A stretch of DNA of 32,000 bases from Mycoplasmoides pneumoniae FH (GTDB taxonomy: Bacteria > Bacillota_I > Bacilli_A > Mycoplasmatales > Mycoplasmoidaceae), in assembly GCF_001272835.1 (NCBI RefSeq), contig NZ_CP010546.1:662809-694808 (forward strand), read 5' to 3'. Below, one piece after another: positions 30,756 through 32,000 of the stretch (positions within the stretch are counted from its first letter, which is position 1; each line of letters opens with the position of its first letter). The notes under the pieces are model-generated. The model was not told the DNA's origin. It ran no database searches and saw nothing but the letters and a program-made list of their open reading frames with translations. The translations under genes were made by a program, and so were the position numbers.

Positions 30756-31976
30756 CTAATACTCCAATCCCTTATACAACGGAAAACGTTCTAACAGTTT
30801 TAAAACCGCTTTTTTTACTTCTTTAATAACTTTCTTATTACCGTCAGATTTAATAATCTTGTCAATTAAGGCAGCAACATAAAGGAAGTGCTTTTCCTTA
30901 AAGCCACGAGTAGTCATGGCAGGTGTACCAATACGAATACCGGAAGGATTTATGGCAGGATTCTTATCGAAAGGAACCGTGTTCATGTTCAACACAATGT
31001 TGGCTTGTTGCAATCATTGTGAAACATCTTTACCCTTACCGACATCAAGCGAGAACAAGTGGGTATCAGTTCCGTTAGAAATGACGCGGTAACCTTGTTG
31101 TTTGAACCAACTAGCCATGCTCGCTGCATTGGTCTTAACGTTTTGGATGTACTGCTTGTATTTTGGTTGTAAAGCTTCTTTAAAACAAACATACTTAGCC
31201 GCAATTACGTGCTGTAAGGGACCACCTTGACAACCCGGAAAGACACCGCTGTCCAATTTGCGAATAATCGCTTCGTTATTGGACATAATTAACCCTCCCC
31301 GTGGACCGCGCAGTGTTTTGTGGGTAGTAGATGTAACCACATCAGCGTAAGGTAAGGGATTGGGGTGCAAGCCAGCTGCTACCAATCCCGCAATGTGGGC
31401 AATGTCCGCTAAAAGGTAAGCACCAACTTCTTTCGCAATTGCACTAAAGCGCTCAAAGTCAACGGTTCTCGAGTAATTGGAAAAACCGCAGATAATTAGT
31501 TTAGGTTTTACCTCCCGAGCAACACGTAGCACCTCATCATAGTCCAACATCTCGGTTTCGGGGTTGATGGTGTAGGAATAAGGCTGGTACTGTTTACCCG
31601 AAAAGTTAAATTTATTACCGTGAGTTAAGTGCCCACCACAGTTAAGGTCAAGCCCTAAAATGGCATCGCCAGGTTTAAGTAGAGCTAAGTACACGGCATA
31701 GTTAGCAGAAGAACCGGAGTGCGGTTGCACATTCGCTCACTTCGCACCAAATAATTCCTTACAGGTATTAATGGCTAAGCTCTCTGATTCATCAACTACC
31801 TCACAACCTTCATAAAAGCGTCTAGTAGGATAACCCTCAGCGTACTTATTGGTCAAAATGGAACCAGTGACCTCTAGGATGTCCCTACTCACATAGTTCT
31901 CTGATGCTATTAAACAAATGCAATCTCTTTGTCTTTGCAATTCCTTATTGAGGATTCTTCTAATCTTTGGTTCCAT
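30756..31976 (-). CDS. glyA: serine hydroxymethyltransferase
   Basis: Track ORFs 31737..31976, 31014..31730 and 30756..31013 are in one frame, joined by TGA at 31737 and 31014. ATG 31976-31974, TAG 30756-30758, 406 aa. Motifs present: [13 protein letters not shown] and [12 protein letters not shown] (PLP lysine). Confidence 0.97.
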
Positions 31977-32000
31977 GGTCTTACTAATTTACTTTAATTT

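Overview
This window only makes sense under genetic code 4 (UGA = Trp). Almost every break between adjacent same-frame ORFs in the supplied track is a TGA at a conserved Trp position, for example SHMT '[10 protein letters not shown]' and Obg 'IIAWRREAHY'. Several track 'M' starts are really internal GTG or TTG codons. After joining across TGA I get 31 protein-coding genes (29 intact, 2 frame-broken) and one tRNA. By my own coordinate arithmetic about 95% of the window is coding, and nearly all of it is on the minus strand. Gene content and order match my memory of Mycoplasma pneumoniae MPN547-MPN576 (M. genitalium MG369-MG394); this identification is recollection, not a search. The genes in window order are: a DAK2-domain protein, an RluA-type pseudouridine synthase, nrnA, thiI, a YqaJ-like nuclease, a hypothetical protein, thrS, an SSB-like OB-fold protein, a chaperone-like protein, argS, mnmG, rsmG, a hypothetical protein, tRNA-Arg(UCU), an arcA-like gene, udk, nadE, obg, adh, a membrane protein, a glpQ paralog, the P200 gliding protein, era, ybeY, a small membrane protein, a C39-peptidase ABC exporter, pepA, groEL, groES, a membrane protein and glyA. 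I see no CRISPR array, transposon, integrase or rRNA. The region is mostly housekeeping. The points worth a second look are these. (1) An orphan bacteriocin-type peptidase-ABC exporter has an intact-looking catalytic triad and no visible cargo gene. (2) Two genes, adh and that exporter, are each exactly 1 nt short of an open frame. (3) Three enzyme homologs (arcA-like, glpQ-like, HAD-like) appear to have lost catalytic motifs. (4) A lambda-exonuclease/YqaJ-type nuclease and an SSB-like protein sit inside a 9-kb chain of overlapping tRNA-synthetase and tRNA-modification genes. (5) P200 has six EAGR-box repeats whose Trp residues are largely TGA-encoded. (6) Gene junctions are extremely tight: a tRNA with 0-1 nt spacers, convergent stop codons sharing CTAG, and a 27-bp divergent promoter region. 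I did not find convincing evidence for a wholly new multi-gene system.
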